Source: Octopus vulgaris | Taxonomy: Eukaryota | Length of the DNA: 64,000 bases | NCBI GenBank assembly: GCA_951406725.2 | Contig: OX597818.1 | Span: forward strand, 75,144,001-75,208,000 | Direction of reading: 5' to 3' | In this document: one piece after another, positions 26,233-40,103 of the stretch | How positions within the stretch are numbered: the first letter of the stretch is position 1 | Layout: every line of letters starts with the position of its first letter | Position numbers and translations under genes: made by a program | Notes under the pieces: generated by a model | Database searches by the model: none | Told to the model about the DNA's origin: nothing | Seen by the model: only the letters and a program-made list of their open reading frames with translations

Positions 26233-26764
26233 CATATGTATCTGAAAGAAACTCTTTCGAACAGGAAATAAAGAAAAAAAATATTTTAAAGTAGGCGGCT
26301 GGAACAGATGCTTTTGGTTCAGTCAGCTCACCAGTGGGTCTGAAAGGAAAATGTTTTCAACGTGAAACAATGTGTTTTTCTTTCTTAATGTCAAAGGAAA
26401 ATAGAAGGGAAGAAAGGAAGGAAGAAAGAAACAAGAAAAATATGTGTTTATATCTATACAGTTGCTTAGTTCTTTCAATAGATGACAAGATGATTCTTAG
26501 ACTATGAAAATGGCAAAACCAGGTGGTTACTCTGAGGGGTAGGGTCTGATTTGATGAGGAATATTGAAAGTTATTTTTCAAAAAATTGTCATCATCATCA
26601 TTGTCCAATGTTTGATTCCCATGCGGGTATGGGTTGGAAAATCTGGATGCAAGATTATGTATATACATAAGCACACATTATTTTCTCTAATATATAATAT
26701 CTGTACATCACCTCAAAACCTTTATATATATATATATATATATATATATGGATGGATGTTATAT

Positions 26765-27322
26765 GTTATGTCAGGTCACTTTCGAGTGCTACTGGTAACA
26801 TGTAACCCAGTACAACCTGTTGCATGGTCGGGTCGTCGGCGACTAAACCGGCAACCCCACCAAACTTGCTTGGTGAGGAAGGTGTTTATTGGACACCCTG
26901 CGGGATGAAAAACAAAACCCGTCAAAGGGCGGAGGAACTCTTGAGAGTCAACGGCCATCCAATAAATGTCTTAAGGCTGTATCGTGTGCGAGGACATAGA
27001 AATAATCGGACTGAATACCCGATCGCGCGGTTAAACCATTGGGAGTGAAGGACTCCTAGCCTTTGTTAGGGCATCCTTCTAGGAGAAGGTAACTCAGGTA
27101 ACTGGGATAACTCCGACATAAAACCTTGCGGCTCAGTGGTTACCGATGATGTTGACTTGTTCTTCTTTTCGGATTATGGCTGCTGTTGCTTATTGAGTGG
27201 GATTGACTCAGTACCCAGCCTTTCCTTACTTTAAAAAAATCTTCTTGCACAGGCATTGCACGATAACAACATTGATTAAGCTTCGCGCAGTGGCCATACT
27301 CGATAACGAGGGGGCAGCCACC
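26765..27322 (+). mobile_element. GC-rich non-coding element resembling an RTE-derived non-autonomous retroposon
   Basis: GGGCATCC..TAGGAGAAGG..ACTC..ATAAAACC motif resembles RTE 5' regions; ends in an (ATGT)n tail; no ORF. Confidence 0.45.
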
Positions 27323-27860
27323 ATGTATGTATGTATGCGTGAGAACCCATGGCCCAGTGGACAGGCTGTTGCACTCACGATCGTGACATCGTGGTTTCAA
27401 TTCCTAGACAGTATAGTGCGTTTTGTTCTTGATTAAACACAGTTCACTTCGAGACCTGACATATAGTAGACCGTGTACCTTTTCAGGCAACGTCGATTTC
27501 ATGGACAATGTGTGAGCTAATGTACAGCATATGTATATATATATTCACGCAAGGATGAATGGATGCATATGAATGTTGAGATGTACTGATCTATTACACG
27601 AGGTGAGCTCAGTACTTGTTGAAAAGAATATGGTTTACTCGTGTTGTGAAATAGCAATTCTGACACAATAAGCTATCAAAATGTGTGTGTGTGTGTATAT
27701 GGATGAGTGTGGGTTTATACAATATATAAGTGTGTTTATGCTTGCGTAAGGCAAAGAGAGGGAAGATAATTATGGAGACTACTACGAGAAATAGAATAAA
27801 GATGGAGAAAATAGTAAGAAAATGAGGAAAGATTGAATGAAAAGTTGAAACAATGCTAAA

Positions 27861-27896
<36 letters not shown>

Positions 27897-27897
27897 G

Positions 27898-28120
27898 AAG
27901 GTGCCTGGCTTAGTGGTTTGAGTATTCGGCTCACGATCGTAAGGTTACGAGTTCAATACCTGGCATCGCATTGTATCCTTGAAAAATATATTTTATTTCA
28001 CGTTGTTCCAGTCCACACAGCTGGCAATAATTATTTGTAGCGGTATTTCTAAGGGCCAGCCTTGTCACATTCTGTGTTACGCTGTCCTGTTGATCTGAGG
28101 AACTGGGACACACTCGTCGT
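27898..28120 (+). mobile_element. tRNA-derived SINE, family D-related, partial
   Basis: TGGCTTAGTGG A-box, GTTCAATACC B-box, TTTATTTCACGTTG..CCAGTCCAC.CAGCTG. Confidence 0.7.
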
Positions 28121-28269
28121 CGTAAAACGACGGAGTGCCAGTTTTGTGCATATACGCACATATGTACATGCATAAACACATACGTGTATAGTGATATATC
28201 CGTCTCTTTCTTATATTCTCCCCTCTCGCTCTCTCTCTTTCTCTCTCGTTATATGGACATATACGTGTT

Positions 28270-28334
<65 letters not shown>

Positions 28335-29154
28335 ATGTATGTATTATGTGTATTTACATACATACATACATACACACATAAACTTGTCTATATGTGCATG
28401 TATTTCTAATTGATGAGATGACCAGTATCGATATATCTGTAGATCTATTGATCGTACAGCAGTACCATCACCATCTCTACAACCTCTCTCCATACACCGT
28501 ACAGCCACCATTTGTTTGCACGTTGGCTATTCTATGAAATGACTGTACGACCTTCTGCTTAATAAGAAACTATTGTCTGTCAAAGTACGTTATTGTGTTG
28601 CCAATATTCTTTATAGATATTCCATTAACTTGTGTTTGTTAATGTTATCATAACGAAATAAATGAAAGAACGACGCTCAATGCTGCACAGATCTACCATA
28701 AATAAACTACGGAACTTTCTGAAAGAAAGCATATTTAGTTTCGATGTCTTTTCTAGGTTCAATATTATTGTAGCTTTCTTCGTTTCTGACATTCTTAATG
28801 GTATGACGCATTGGTGGCTGTCTGGATCAAGAACTAACGAAGGTGCCTATGCATGAATACCCTCACTTTCAAGAATTAGCAGCCCACACCCTACATCGTC
28901 ACTCAGCCCACACCCTACATCACTTAAAATATGACATTTATATTGAATAGAGTAGTTTTAGATACGCTGTACTATGTATGATATACTAACCCTTTAATGA
29001 TATAGTATTACTGTTTTTCTATTTTCTTTACTATGTCTATATACATACATACATACACACACACACACATACACACATACATGCATACATACATATATAC
29101 ATACATACACACATACACACACACACACATATACACACACATACACACACATAT

Positions 29155-29545
29155 CAGATCATCCCATAAGTTCTGTCCGAATTTTGAATAAAGAAAGCAA
29201 GTGATCAAATGTTATATTTAATTGAAATTTAATCATCAATATACTTTCCCTGATTATCTATGACTTCCTTCCATCAATTTACAAGCTTTTTAATCCCATC
29301 GGTGTAAGAACTCTGAAATGTCTGTTTCGACCTCCTCCTGGCTTACAAAAGTTATGTTCCCCAAATCATTCTGTAAACTACGAAACAAATGGTAGTCTGA
29401 AGGAGCAAGTTCGGGAGAATAAGGTGGCTGAGGAATTTTTTCCCAACCAAGCTCTTCGATCTTCTGTGCAGTGTGTGGTCGTGCATTGTCCTGATGAAGC
29501 ATCACTCCTTTTCGATTCACTAAAGCGGGTCTTTTTTTCTATACA
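29155..29545 (-). mobile_element. Mariner transposon 3' half
   Basis: HQDNARPH, PPYSPELAPSDYHLFRSLQN and W..VID.QGKY; TIR-like end near 29157. Confidence 0.9.
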
Positions 29546-30012
29546 GAAAGTATAAGCAATTTCACGGAGAGCCCCCCCCCCCTTTGGAATATGACTTTGA
29601 GATACTGTATGCTATCAGTGATAATACAATACAGTCACTCTTTATGTTTGATTTCAAGATGGTGGCCCACGAAGTCAGGTCAGCTATGGCTTTGACTATT
29701 CTCACTGGAACTTTAGCAAGTTAGAGGCCTTCTAGCATCCATGAGTGGGGAACAGAGTCAAAAGCTTTCTTATAGTCTAACCACATTGAAACTAGGTTCC
29801 TTCTATGCTCTCGCACCTCTGATAGAAGTTTTGTTGACTAACAATTGCCTGGCACATCTCCAGACTCCCTTCTTCCCAGCTGCTTGTTCTTCTCTGATAA
29901 TGTTATTGATTTCACAATGGTCCTGGAGGAAGAGATTTAAACATGCTGTATATATCTTATACATTAAGTTCTGGCATGCAATCGACAGGTAGTTTTTTGC
30001 CATATGGGTGGC
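29546..30012 (-). mobile_element. R4-clade RT fragment, same family as 52190-54610
   Basis: Homologous to ~53830-54295; includes IFQ.G and the EQAAGKKGVW motif. Confidence 0.8.
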
Positions 30013-30075
30013 ATACATACCTACCTACACACATACATCCATACATAGATATATCAATGTATATATACACTATAT

Positions 30076-30111
<36 letters not shown>

Positions 30112-30630
30112 GCCATATTATAATATATACAAACTCTTACACATTTTTCTCGCCAGTGACAGATAAAAGCTAAAGCTCATATCGATTTAAAGGAAACATC
30201 AGTAATAAACGCAAGATTTATTTGTCTACGTCTGTTCTGAATGTATCATTCACCGAGATTCCATATATTTTATAAACAATAGACAATAGAACACACAAGT
30301 GAGCGTGGATTTGTGGTAAGATGATTGCTTCCTAACCATATGATTCCGTGTTCAGTCCCACAGCGTGGCACCTTGAGCAAATGTCTCTTACTTTGGCCTC
30401 CAGCTAACTAAAGCCTTCGAAGTGGATTAGGTAGACGAAAACTGCAAGGAGTCTTATTTTCCTTCTTCTTAGGTTCCGTCGGTGCCTTTGAGCATCGTAT
30501 CAGGCAGTTAGTGATCGTCATTTGTCTTTGGCCAACCCATTTGCTTCTTCCCAGGTGATGTTCAGTCTGCGTACGTCTCCTTTGAAGGTACTATGCTATA
30601 TTTTCTCTTACCTTCCAGTGGCAATCTTAA

Positions 30631-30719
<89 letters not shown>

Positions 30720-30721
<2 letters not shown>

Positions 30722-30975
30722 AGGCGCAATGGCCCAGTGGTTAGGGCAGCGGACCCGCGGTCGTAGGATCGCGGTTTCGATTCCCAGACCGGGCGTTGTG
30801 AGTGTTTATCGAGCGAAAACACTAAAGCTCCACGAGGATCCGACAGGGGGGGGGCGATCCCTGCTGTACTCTTGCGTCACAACTTTCACTGGGGTCGATT
30901 CATTTGACTAAAGATTCTCCAAAGGTGTCCCATAATGGCCGCAGTCTAATGACTCCAACTAATAAAAGATAAAAG
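30720..30975 (+). mobile_element. tRNA-derived SINE family C
   Basis: GGAGGCGCAATGGCCCAGTGGTTAGG A-box, GGTTTCGATTCC B-box; shares the family A tail; follows (TA)n. Confidence 0.85.
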
Positions 30976-31239
30976 ACAACGTCAACCCAGACGTAATTAA
31001 ATATGTTAAAGACTACGAAACTCGCCACACATCTTATGTTAGCTATTATCATTTTATTAGTTGGCTCAATATTTGCCACAGAGTTCAACAAAGACATGCG
31101 GTATCACTCGATGCAACGGTAGTATATCAACTTAGTTTCCTGCAAAAGAATAAAGAAGACTCAATTCTCATCTACATAGATTACTACAAGAGCTAACAAA
31201 GATTCCTCTAAAACAGTATCCTCATACTCCTAAGAAAGT

Positions 31240-31412
31240 GGCTGCGAGCTGGCTGAATCATTAGCAGGCCGGGCGAAATATTTTGTGGTGTTTCGCCCGT
31301 CTTCACATTCTGAGTTCAAATTCCGCCAAGATCGACTTTGCCTTTCATGCTTTCGGGGTAGATAAAATATGCAGCCCCGAAATTAATGGCCTTGTGCCAA
31401 CATTTGAAACCA
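31240..31412 (+). mobile_element. SINE family B
   Basis: Consensus match to 9170 and 21045. Confidence 0.8.
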
Positions 31413-31948
31413 ATATTTCAATACTTGTGCCACATGCAATAGTATAGAAATATAAAACCCTCGGTGAGCTTAATAAAAAAATATTTTTAAGAGCCGATTT
31501 TGTACTTGAAAGTGATTTTAATATACTTCCTTTCTTTGACGCATCCATAAAATACCATCTGGTATCCCCAGGGGATTCCTGCACTCCATAATCTAAATAG
31601 TTGCTCGATTTTCTACCAATAGTTGCTAAATGTCCTCCAAATGACATTCTACTATCTTTAAAACTTAAGGTCATATCAAGCAATGTAATCGTTGATTCTT
31701 TAATAACACAGGTTGGCATCGGCTGGAGCAGAGTTTACAGGCTATTTTGTGAAGAGGAATAAGCATTGATTATAACAAAAGGCTCAATAGTATAAAATAG
31801 TTACAAACGTTAGATACAGACTATGCAAAAGAGATGTGATTACGCTGCTCTGTATTATGTGAAAACATACATTAATGTAATTGGTACTGAATATTTGCAG
31901 CAGAGTAGCAAATTTATAACAGTAATAAAATTACCAGTTCTAATATAT

Positions 31949-32373
31949 ACTCTCTTTTACTCACTTTTACTTGTTTCAGCCATTTGACTGTGGCCATGCT
32001 GGAGCACCGCCTTTAGTCGTGTAAATCGACTCCAGGACTTATTCTTTGCAAGCCTACTACTTAATCTATCGGTTGCTTTTGCCGAACAGCTAAGTTACGG
32101 GGAGATAAACATACCAGCCTCGGGTGTCAAGCGATGTTGGAGGGGGACAAACACAGACACACAAACATATATGCACACACACACATACTTATATACATAT
32201 ACATATATACGACGGGCTTCTTTCAGTTTCCGTCTACCAAATCCACTCACAAGGCTTTGGTCGGCCCGAGGCTATAGTAGAAGACATTTGCCCAAGGTGT
32301 CACGCAGTGGGACTGAACCCGGAACCATGTGGTTGGTAAGCAAGCTACTTACCACACAGCCACTCCTACGCCT
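31949..32373 (-). mobile_element. SINE family A, near full length
   Basis: Complete head and tail. Confidence 0.9.
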
Positions 32374-32406
32374 ATATCTATATATATGTGCGTGTATGTG
32401 TGTGTG

Positions 32407-32441
<35 letters not shown>

Positions 32442-32634
32442 GTGTGTGTGTGTATGTATGTATGTATGTATGTATGTATGTATGTATGTATGTATGTATG
32501 TATGTATGTATGTATGTATATGTATGTATATACATATATACATATATAGATAGGTGAATGAATTATCCACTGTTTATCGTCGAGTAAAGGAATTTTGTTA
32601 ACATCTTCGTTCGATTCCATTCTTTCATTTATTC

Positions 32635-32884
<250 letters not shown>

Positions 32885-33361
32885 CCGACGTTGTATTTTC
32901 TTGTGGTTAATACCTTAAAAACTAGTATTCAGTAAGATTTGGTTGTTTTGGCAGAATATACAAAGATTGATGGTTTCTATTTAGTAGAAAAAGTTTTGAG
33001 GAATATCTCTTATGAAAATAGAATACCGTTTTATTATTAAATCCTCATTGATAACGTATTTGCCAGCTTATCATGGGTATTGTTGAAGATATTACTAACG
33101 GCTAAGATCATATTTTCACTGCTATCAAAAACAACCACAACCATCTTGAAAAATATTCCTCTTAAATCATATCTTTATCGATGATATCCTCACAAACGGA
33201 TTTTATTTTTTCACATTACTTATGGTCTTATATAGTTTATCTCTGTTCCTTTATTTATGCTTTATTATTTTCCTTGTTTTCTTTTTCTTGCAAATTTGGA
33301 AAAGAATACACGTGTGCACGGATGTATTACGTATATATTTCTATACAAACATAGACAGAAA

Positions 33362-33423
<62 letters not shown>

Positions 33424-33456
33424 GGTGTGTGTGTGTATGTATGTATACACACACAC

Positions 33457-33530
<74 letters not shown>

Positions 33531-34465
33531 ATATATATATACATACATGCATACATATATACATACTGACACGTACACTCATACATATATATACATATGT
33601 GTGCGTCTGTGTGTGTGTGTCTGTATGTATGCATGTATGTATGTATGTATCTATGTATGTATGTATGTATGTATGTATGTATGTATGTATGTATGTATGT
33701 ATGTATGTATAAGCATGTTTCTGTCCAAATATATATATATATACCTGCATGTGTGACTATATATTTGTTTGTCTATATAAGGCATTGTTAAGGTTTCTAT
33801 ATGAAATCCTGCTCATTCGATATTTTCTTCAAAAAGTGTACACCCATTGTTTCTTAGCATGGAGACTGGATCGTTAAACCAACAGATAAAGCAGTGATAA
33901 ACCCTAATATCACATGATTTCTTTGTATCTCTCTCTCTCCCTCTTTCTTTTTCTCTCTTTCTTTATTCCTCTCCTCTTCTCCCCACCTCCTCATTCTTCA
34001 CTGCTGACATAGAATGTTTATATCCAATATATCACATGTCACTATATTAAAAGAATGTTTGTTATTTATATAATATTTATTCATTTATTATTCATATATT
34101 TACTTGACACTCTTCATGTATTTGCTTCTCAATATTTTTGTCGAATGTAAAACTGTCAGAAAATAAGGAACTGATTTATATATTTCGTCATTTAAAAGAC
34201 ATCTTTTTAGTTCCATTAGCGAATTGATGTCGTTATTCATTTTTCAGGACAACTAGAACCTGGTCTTCATGACATGTCATATTAATTCATTGTATAACGC
34301 GTAGTACATTTACAGTTACACAAACACGCATACATATCTATACACCATACTTATAAACGAATACACACACGCATGCACGAATCATATGTGTTGTATATAC
34401 ATATACATATATTTATAACAGATACATAGATATATAAATGCACATTATATATACAAGTATATATA

Positions 34466-34509
<44 letters not shown>

Positions 34510-34597
34510 TAAATTTATATTGCACAAATTTTTTAGGGATTCTTTATCCGAATTTCGCTTGCACACTGATACGCAAACGTCTTATACGAACAATGCA

Positions 34598-34634
<37 letters not shown>

Positions 34635-34663
34635 GTGTGCGCGTGCGTATGTGTGTCTGTGAA

Positions 34664-34699
<36 letters not shown>

Positions 34700-36354
34700 A
34701 ACATACATACACAGAGATACATATATTCATACGTATATATACATCTATATATATATATGCACCTACGAGCATATATATATAAACTCTTTGTATTGATGCT
34801 CTTTTTTATTAATCTCTGGCAGTCAATCTCGTACTATCGGTAGCAGTAAAAAGTCAGTAGCGATTTGCCGTTTTTCCTGGAATTGTCGAATCGTCAGAAA
34901 GAATAGCAATACAATTTATAATGAAATACGCATATATCCATTGAAGGGTGTTCTATTATAGCATGTTCTTACTTCAACCTTTTCATATTGTGGTCCTTAT
35001 TTTGAAAATAAATCAAACTCCAACTCTTCTGCAACCACGAAGTTTACTATACTCTATGAACCCACGAACAATCATAAAACAAACTCCTGAAACATGTCAA
35101 CATACAGTGATATATTTACTTGTAAAATTTACTTGTAACAGTATTTATTGCTGTGCTCTTCGATCTTCGCGCATGGAGACCTTTACATAAGATTTTTTCT
35201 TTACCAGGATATATAATTTTGAGCACGAATGTTGAAAAATCAAAATGGAAAACTATTCATTCTAAGTTACAGATCAAATTTGACACACATAACTGAAATT
35301 TAAGGCAGAGTTACAATGAAAACAACAATGAAGATATAAAACAGAAAATCGGATTTATTGATACCCCTCAGAAGTGTATGTGGTGATCATAGAAATATTT
35401 TAATATCTACAGACCTACTTCGATTTATAAATTGCTTAAGCGACTTCCCAAATATCAGTCAGTTGAATCTTTTGACGCCCAGGAAAATGCTTAGCAGCAT
35501 TTCGTCCTTCTTTACGTACTGAGTTCTCTTCCTGAGGTCGATGAAATAAATACCAGTTGGGCTCTAGAGTCCATCTAATCGACTAGACCCTTCCCCAGAA
35601 TTTCAAGCTTTGTGCCTATAATAGCAAGGATGATGATAAGGAGGATTATTATTATTATTTTACGATTGATTTACATTTTATTTTATTTCCCGGTCGGATC
35701 TCAGCCAGAGACCTAAGGCACGCATATATTGGAGAGAAACTTCCTGAGAATGTGGACGGTTGATGTCAACACAATTTTTTGATTTTCATAGATAGTTTGT
35801 TTCCCAAGGACCGGGTCAAAAAATTTGTCAGTACCCTTTTTGATCATCCCCAGGGTACTTACAAGAACAGGGATGGTTTTGGCTTTTAATTGCCACGTCT
35901 TACATATCTCAATCTCAAGATCCTTATATTTCGACAGTTTTTCAAATTCCTTTGCTGAGATGTTTCTATCAGTAGGCACAATCATATCAAATAACAAGCA
36001 CGTTTTTTGCCTTAGGTCTTTGATGACGATGTCTGGTCTCTTTTTCATTTATTTGTCTGTCAGTATGTATCCCATAATCCCAAGGGATGGTTACATCCTC
36101 TCCCTCAGTGACTGGGTCTGAATGGTGCTCATACCAGTCCTTAGGATGCGGGATATCATAGAGATGGCATATGCTGCAGTGCAAGTATTGGTCAACTCGA
36201 TCACGCCTGGTTTTATATTCTCTAGAGGCAAGGACTGAGCAGCAGGCAACAATATGTTCAATACTCTCATGTGTAATACAATTCTATATTTAAGAGATGA
36301 GGAATTATGTACATTATTTACATTTGATGGATATTTGTCCTCATCTTGTTTGTT

Positions 36355-36401
36355 AACACATCGTTTCGGCTGATATACCCTCCAGCCTTCATCAGATGTC
36401 T
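36355..36401 (-). ncRNA. Minimal type I hammerhead ribozyme-like motif
   Basis: AGACAU CUGAUGA A GGCUG GAGGGUAUAU CAGCC GAAA CGAU GUGUU; canonical core, triplet altered to GAU. Confidence 0.8.
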
Positions 36402-36467
36402 TCGGGAAATTTTGAAACTGGGTTCTCATTCTTAAGGTATTTTTCGATGTTGTTGTTGTTGTTGTTG

Positions 36468-36525
<58 letters not shown>

Positions 36526-36639
36526 CATTATTCAGGTCACTGCCCGTGGGCATATGGTGTAGTGGTTAAGAGCGCGGGCTACTAACCCCAAGATTCCTAG
36601 TTCGATTCCAGACAGTGACCTGAATAATAATAATAATAA

Positions 36640-36670
<31 letters not shown>

Positions 36671-36840
36671 AAGAAGAAGAAGAAGAAGAAGAAGAAGAAG
36701 AAGAAAAAGAAGAAGAAGAAGAAGAAGAAGAAGAAGAAGAAGAAGAAGAAGAAGAAGAAGAAGAAGAACAACAACAACAACAACAACAACAACATCGAAA
36801 AATACCTTAAAAATGAGAACCCAGGTTCGAAATTTCCCCA

Positions 36841-36887
36841 AGACACCCGATGAAGGCTGGAAGGTATATCAGCCGAAACGTTGTGTT
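36841..36887 (+). ncRNA. Minimal type I hammerhead ribozyme-like motif
   Basis: AGACAC CCGAUGA A GGCUG GAAGGUAUAU CAGCC GAAA CGUU GUGUU; palindromic AACGUU. Confidence 0.8.
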
Positions 36888-37431
36888 AACAACAAACAAG
36901 ATGAGGACAAATATCCGTCAAATGTAAATAATGTACTCCCATGTGTGTCACTGCAGAATCTACACTTTGTGTCTAACTCATCGTGTGTGATATTAGCTTG
37001 CTAGTTTCGTGTGAGGAGACTCTGATTTTGTGCCGCTAAGATAAGTCCTTCTGTTTCGGCTTTCAAACCAAAACTCTGCAGCCACTGATGGGTTCCTCTC
37101 CTATCTATATCAGCTTCCCCAGCTTGTTTGGGGTATTGCCCCTGCAATGCTTTTTCTTGTCGCAGTTTTGATATTTCCTTCAAGCTTTCTTGTTTGGCTT
37201 TTGTTTTACACTTTTTTGCTTCTGCCTTAATGGGTAGTGTGTCCTCTTTATCATCATCATAATCAGGTAGATTAAGCTATCGTCTATATTTATATGTCTC
37301 CTTTGAGATTCAGTGCAGTTTCTTACTCTGTGTTGACTTACCATCTGTATCATCCAGTAGGAAATGTTACTTTAGATATACACGTGGAGTCTTATTGTAG
37401 TCGTTTTATAGGACGTTTCAAGCTGAGTTAA

Positions 37432-39915
37432 GTTTGACTTTTGCTCTGTATTTGTACAAGTTGGTTCCAAATCTCACCCAGAGACCTCAAGAGACAAGTT
37501 AGAACTTCATGTTGGTGTTACGCCTAGGGTGTTATATATTTGGTTTAGCACATAGTATTGTTCTAGAGAATGTTTAAGAAAACCTAAACAAAATAATAAG
37601 TTTGTTTTACAATATGAGATTACATACACAGTATTTTACGTAGGATATGTGCTGTTCCCATGAGCACTATCTTTTTAATTTCTGCCATTTTGGAGTTTTC
37701 TGGTATCTGAGCTAGGTAGCAATCAGCCCCTTTTGCTATCATTCCTAGGGCACCTATGACAACAGGTATTGTTTTAGGCTTGAGGTTCCACATTTTGCCC
37801 ATTTCTATTTCAAGATATTTATACTTAGTTTTTGGTAGGTCTTGACAGTTATATCAATGAGGGAGCATGATTTTTGTCTGAAGTATTTCAGTATAATGTC
37901 TGGCCTATTCCCATCTATCTTTGTCAGTTTGAATGAAGTTCCAGAGGGGTGAGTTGTGGTCATTTTCAAGCACTGGAGGTGGTTTGTGTTCCCATCACTT
38001 TTTATCATGGGGTAGGTAAGAAGTTTTTTGCAAATTACCCAGTGAATATACTGTGCTGCTCTATCATACCTGTTGAGATACTTTGTAGGTGCAAGAAGAC
38101 TGTACATGGAGATAACATGATCAATGGTTTCATTTTGTTGTTTACATACACGACATGTTAGGCACCTGCCGTTCTTTAATATGTTGGCCTGGTAGTTTTT
38201 GTAGGTAGGTATTGATCTTGGGCTGCTATGATAAACCCTTATGTTTCTGATTTAAATCCAGAAGACACTGACCATTGATGGGTAAAGGCTTTGTCACCAT
38301 TGACATTATTAGCTCTCTTTCTGTATTTGCCATTAAGAGGTTTTTCTTGCCATTTATCAGTAAGTATATCTAAGGCAGCAGTTTTAGCACGGGTTTTCAT
38401 GCGCTTAGCTTTTTCTGTGCTTGTTTCTAATACGTCTAATTCCAAAATTTGTTGTATTTGGAATCCACTTAGATATCCGTTTGCCTGTGTTGTTACTGAG
38501 TATGAAGCTTTCTTGTTTTCATGCTTTGTGACAGGTTTTATTATCCAGTCATCAGAGTTTTTCAGGTAGGTGTCTAGGCCGATTGTAGCAATCTTCATTG
38601 TTAATTCCAGTTGTAAAAGTCCACGGCCTCCCTCTTTGCTTGGCAGATAAAGTCGTTCTATATCTGCCTTAGAGTGGTGCATTTTATGCATTGTCAACAG
38701 TTTTCGTATATTTCTGTGAAGATTAAATGTTTCAGTAATTGACCAGTTAATGATATTGAAACTGTAAGTCACGACCGGTATGGCTAAAGTATTGATCGCT
38801 TCGATCCTGTTTCTCACATTCAGCTCTGTCTTATGTATTGCCCTTACTCTACGATAACATTCTCTTCTGATCCTTTCTCTCATCTCTGAATGTTTGATTC
38901 CGTCGCATTCAAATATCCCTAGGTATTTGTAGCTCTCTGCTAGTTCTAATTCATTTATGACATTCTGCTGGTCAAGATTAACGTTGGATATTTCTGTTAT
39001 TTTTCCTTTGATAAAGATAGCTTTTGCACATTTATCGAGGCCAAATTGCATTCTGATGTCATCGCTGAATTGTTTAACAATCGCTAGTAAGCTTTGTACT
39101 TGTTGGCCATTTTTTCAAAGAGCTTTAAATCATCCATATGTAAATGAGATGATTTATATTTTTATCAAACATTTTATAACCGCAATTTCGAGAGAGGTAT
39201 TAATGCTAAAGGAGTGGTGCTAGTCACCATGGAAAATGCCACATAACATTCTTACATCTCCAGCATTAAGAGATTCATTGTCACTGTTCAAAGTCTTGAT
39301 CTCATACTTACAGACAAGAAGTTTTGCAGAGTAGGTGCTATTTCATACATTTCCAGACATTTCTTAATCCAGCTATGTGGTAGACGATCAAAATCCTTTT
39401 TATAGTCTATCCAGGCTATCGAAAGTTTTTGTTTCGTTTGTAAAAATCTTCCAAGATCATCTTATTGATGAGTAGCTGATCTTTGCAACTATAGGAACCA
39501 CATTTACATCCTTTTTGCTCATTAGGAAATATGCTACTTTCAATTAAAAAACTTTAGGTATATTTAGTCAAGACAGAGGTTAGTATTTTATACATTGTTG
39601 TTAAGCAGGTTATGGGTCTATAATTTTTTGGTTCATTTTTTGGAAGTAGGAATGTTACGCCATTAACTAGCCAAGAGGAAATCATACTAGGTTGTTGCAA
39701 AACATTGCTGTAAAGTTTTCTTAGCAGTTCATGGCTCTCTGGGAATGAATTCAACCAGAAGTTAGGAATTTTATCCTTTCCTGGAGACTACCATTTGCTT
39801 GACTTTCTGAGAGTATATCTTACATCCTCTACCTTGATACACTCCCAAGTTTGCTCTTCTGGCAGCTTTAACACATACCTTTTTCTTGATGGTTTCTATG
39901 ATGGTATCTATGTCA
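37432..39915 (-). mobile_element. R4/Dong-clade retrotransposon, 5'-truncated and degenerate (RT + RLE)
   Basis: PKNYRPITCL, MDDLK, FGLDKC, YKYLG, EGGRGL, RPDII and IPVVIGALG motifs; 3'UTR matches 40104-40297. Confidence 0.92.
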
Positions 39916-39931
39916 ATTATTATTATTACCA

Positions 39932-40011
<80 letters not shown>

Positions 40012-40018
40012 GTTATTA

Positions 40019-40061
<43 letters not shown>

Positions 40062-40103
40062 CATCATCATCATCATCATCATCATTATTATTATTATTAT
40101 TAT
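39916..40103. repeat. (TTA)n/(TCA)n microsatellite between two Dong-like copies
   Basis: Direct reading. Confidence 0.95.

Larger units (their letters stand above)
36275..36936. mobile_element. Non-autonomous element with tRNA-like head, microsatellite body and hammerhead tail, plus an inverted partial copy
   Basis: Arms ~36309-36544 and ~36611-36936 are inverted; A-box TGGTGTAGTGG at 36555, B-box GTTCGATTCC at 36600; target duplication CATGTGT at 36268-36274 and 36940-36946. Confidence 0.85.
35665..37430 (-). mobile_element. R4/Dong-clade 3' fragment (CCHC + RLE), interrupted by an insertion at 36275-36936
   Basis: LKAETEGLILAAQ.Q, CRFC..ESIEHIVACC, RPDIV..D..EK..KYKDL; the reading frame resumes across the insertion. 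Confidence 0.9.

Noticed and set aside
30720-30795. tRNA gene (likewise 36548-36620 and 55608-55680)
   Set aside because: A and B boxes are present but the acceptor stem is broken and the sequence continues into a SINE body.
34970-35087. Minus-strand exon-like segment (TTTCAG..GTAAG)
   Set aside because: Stops in all frames; no other support.
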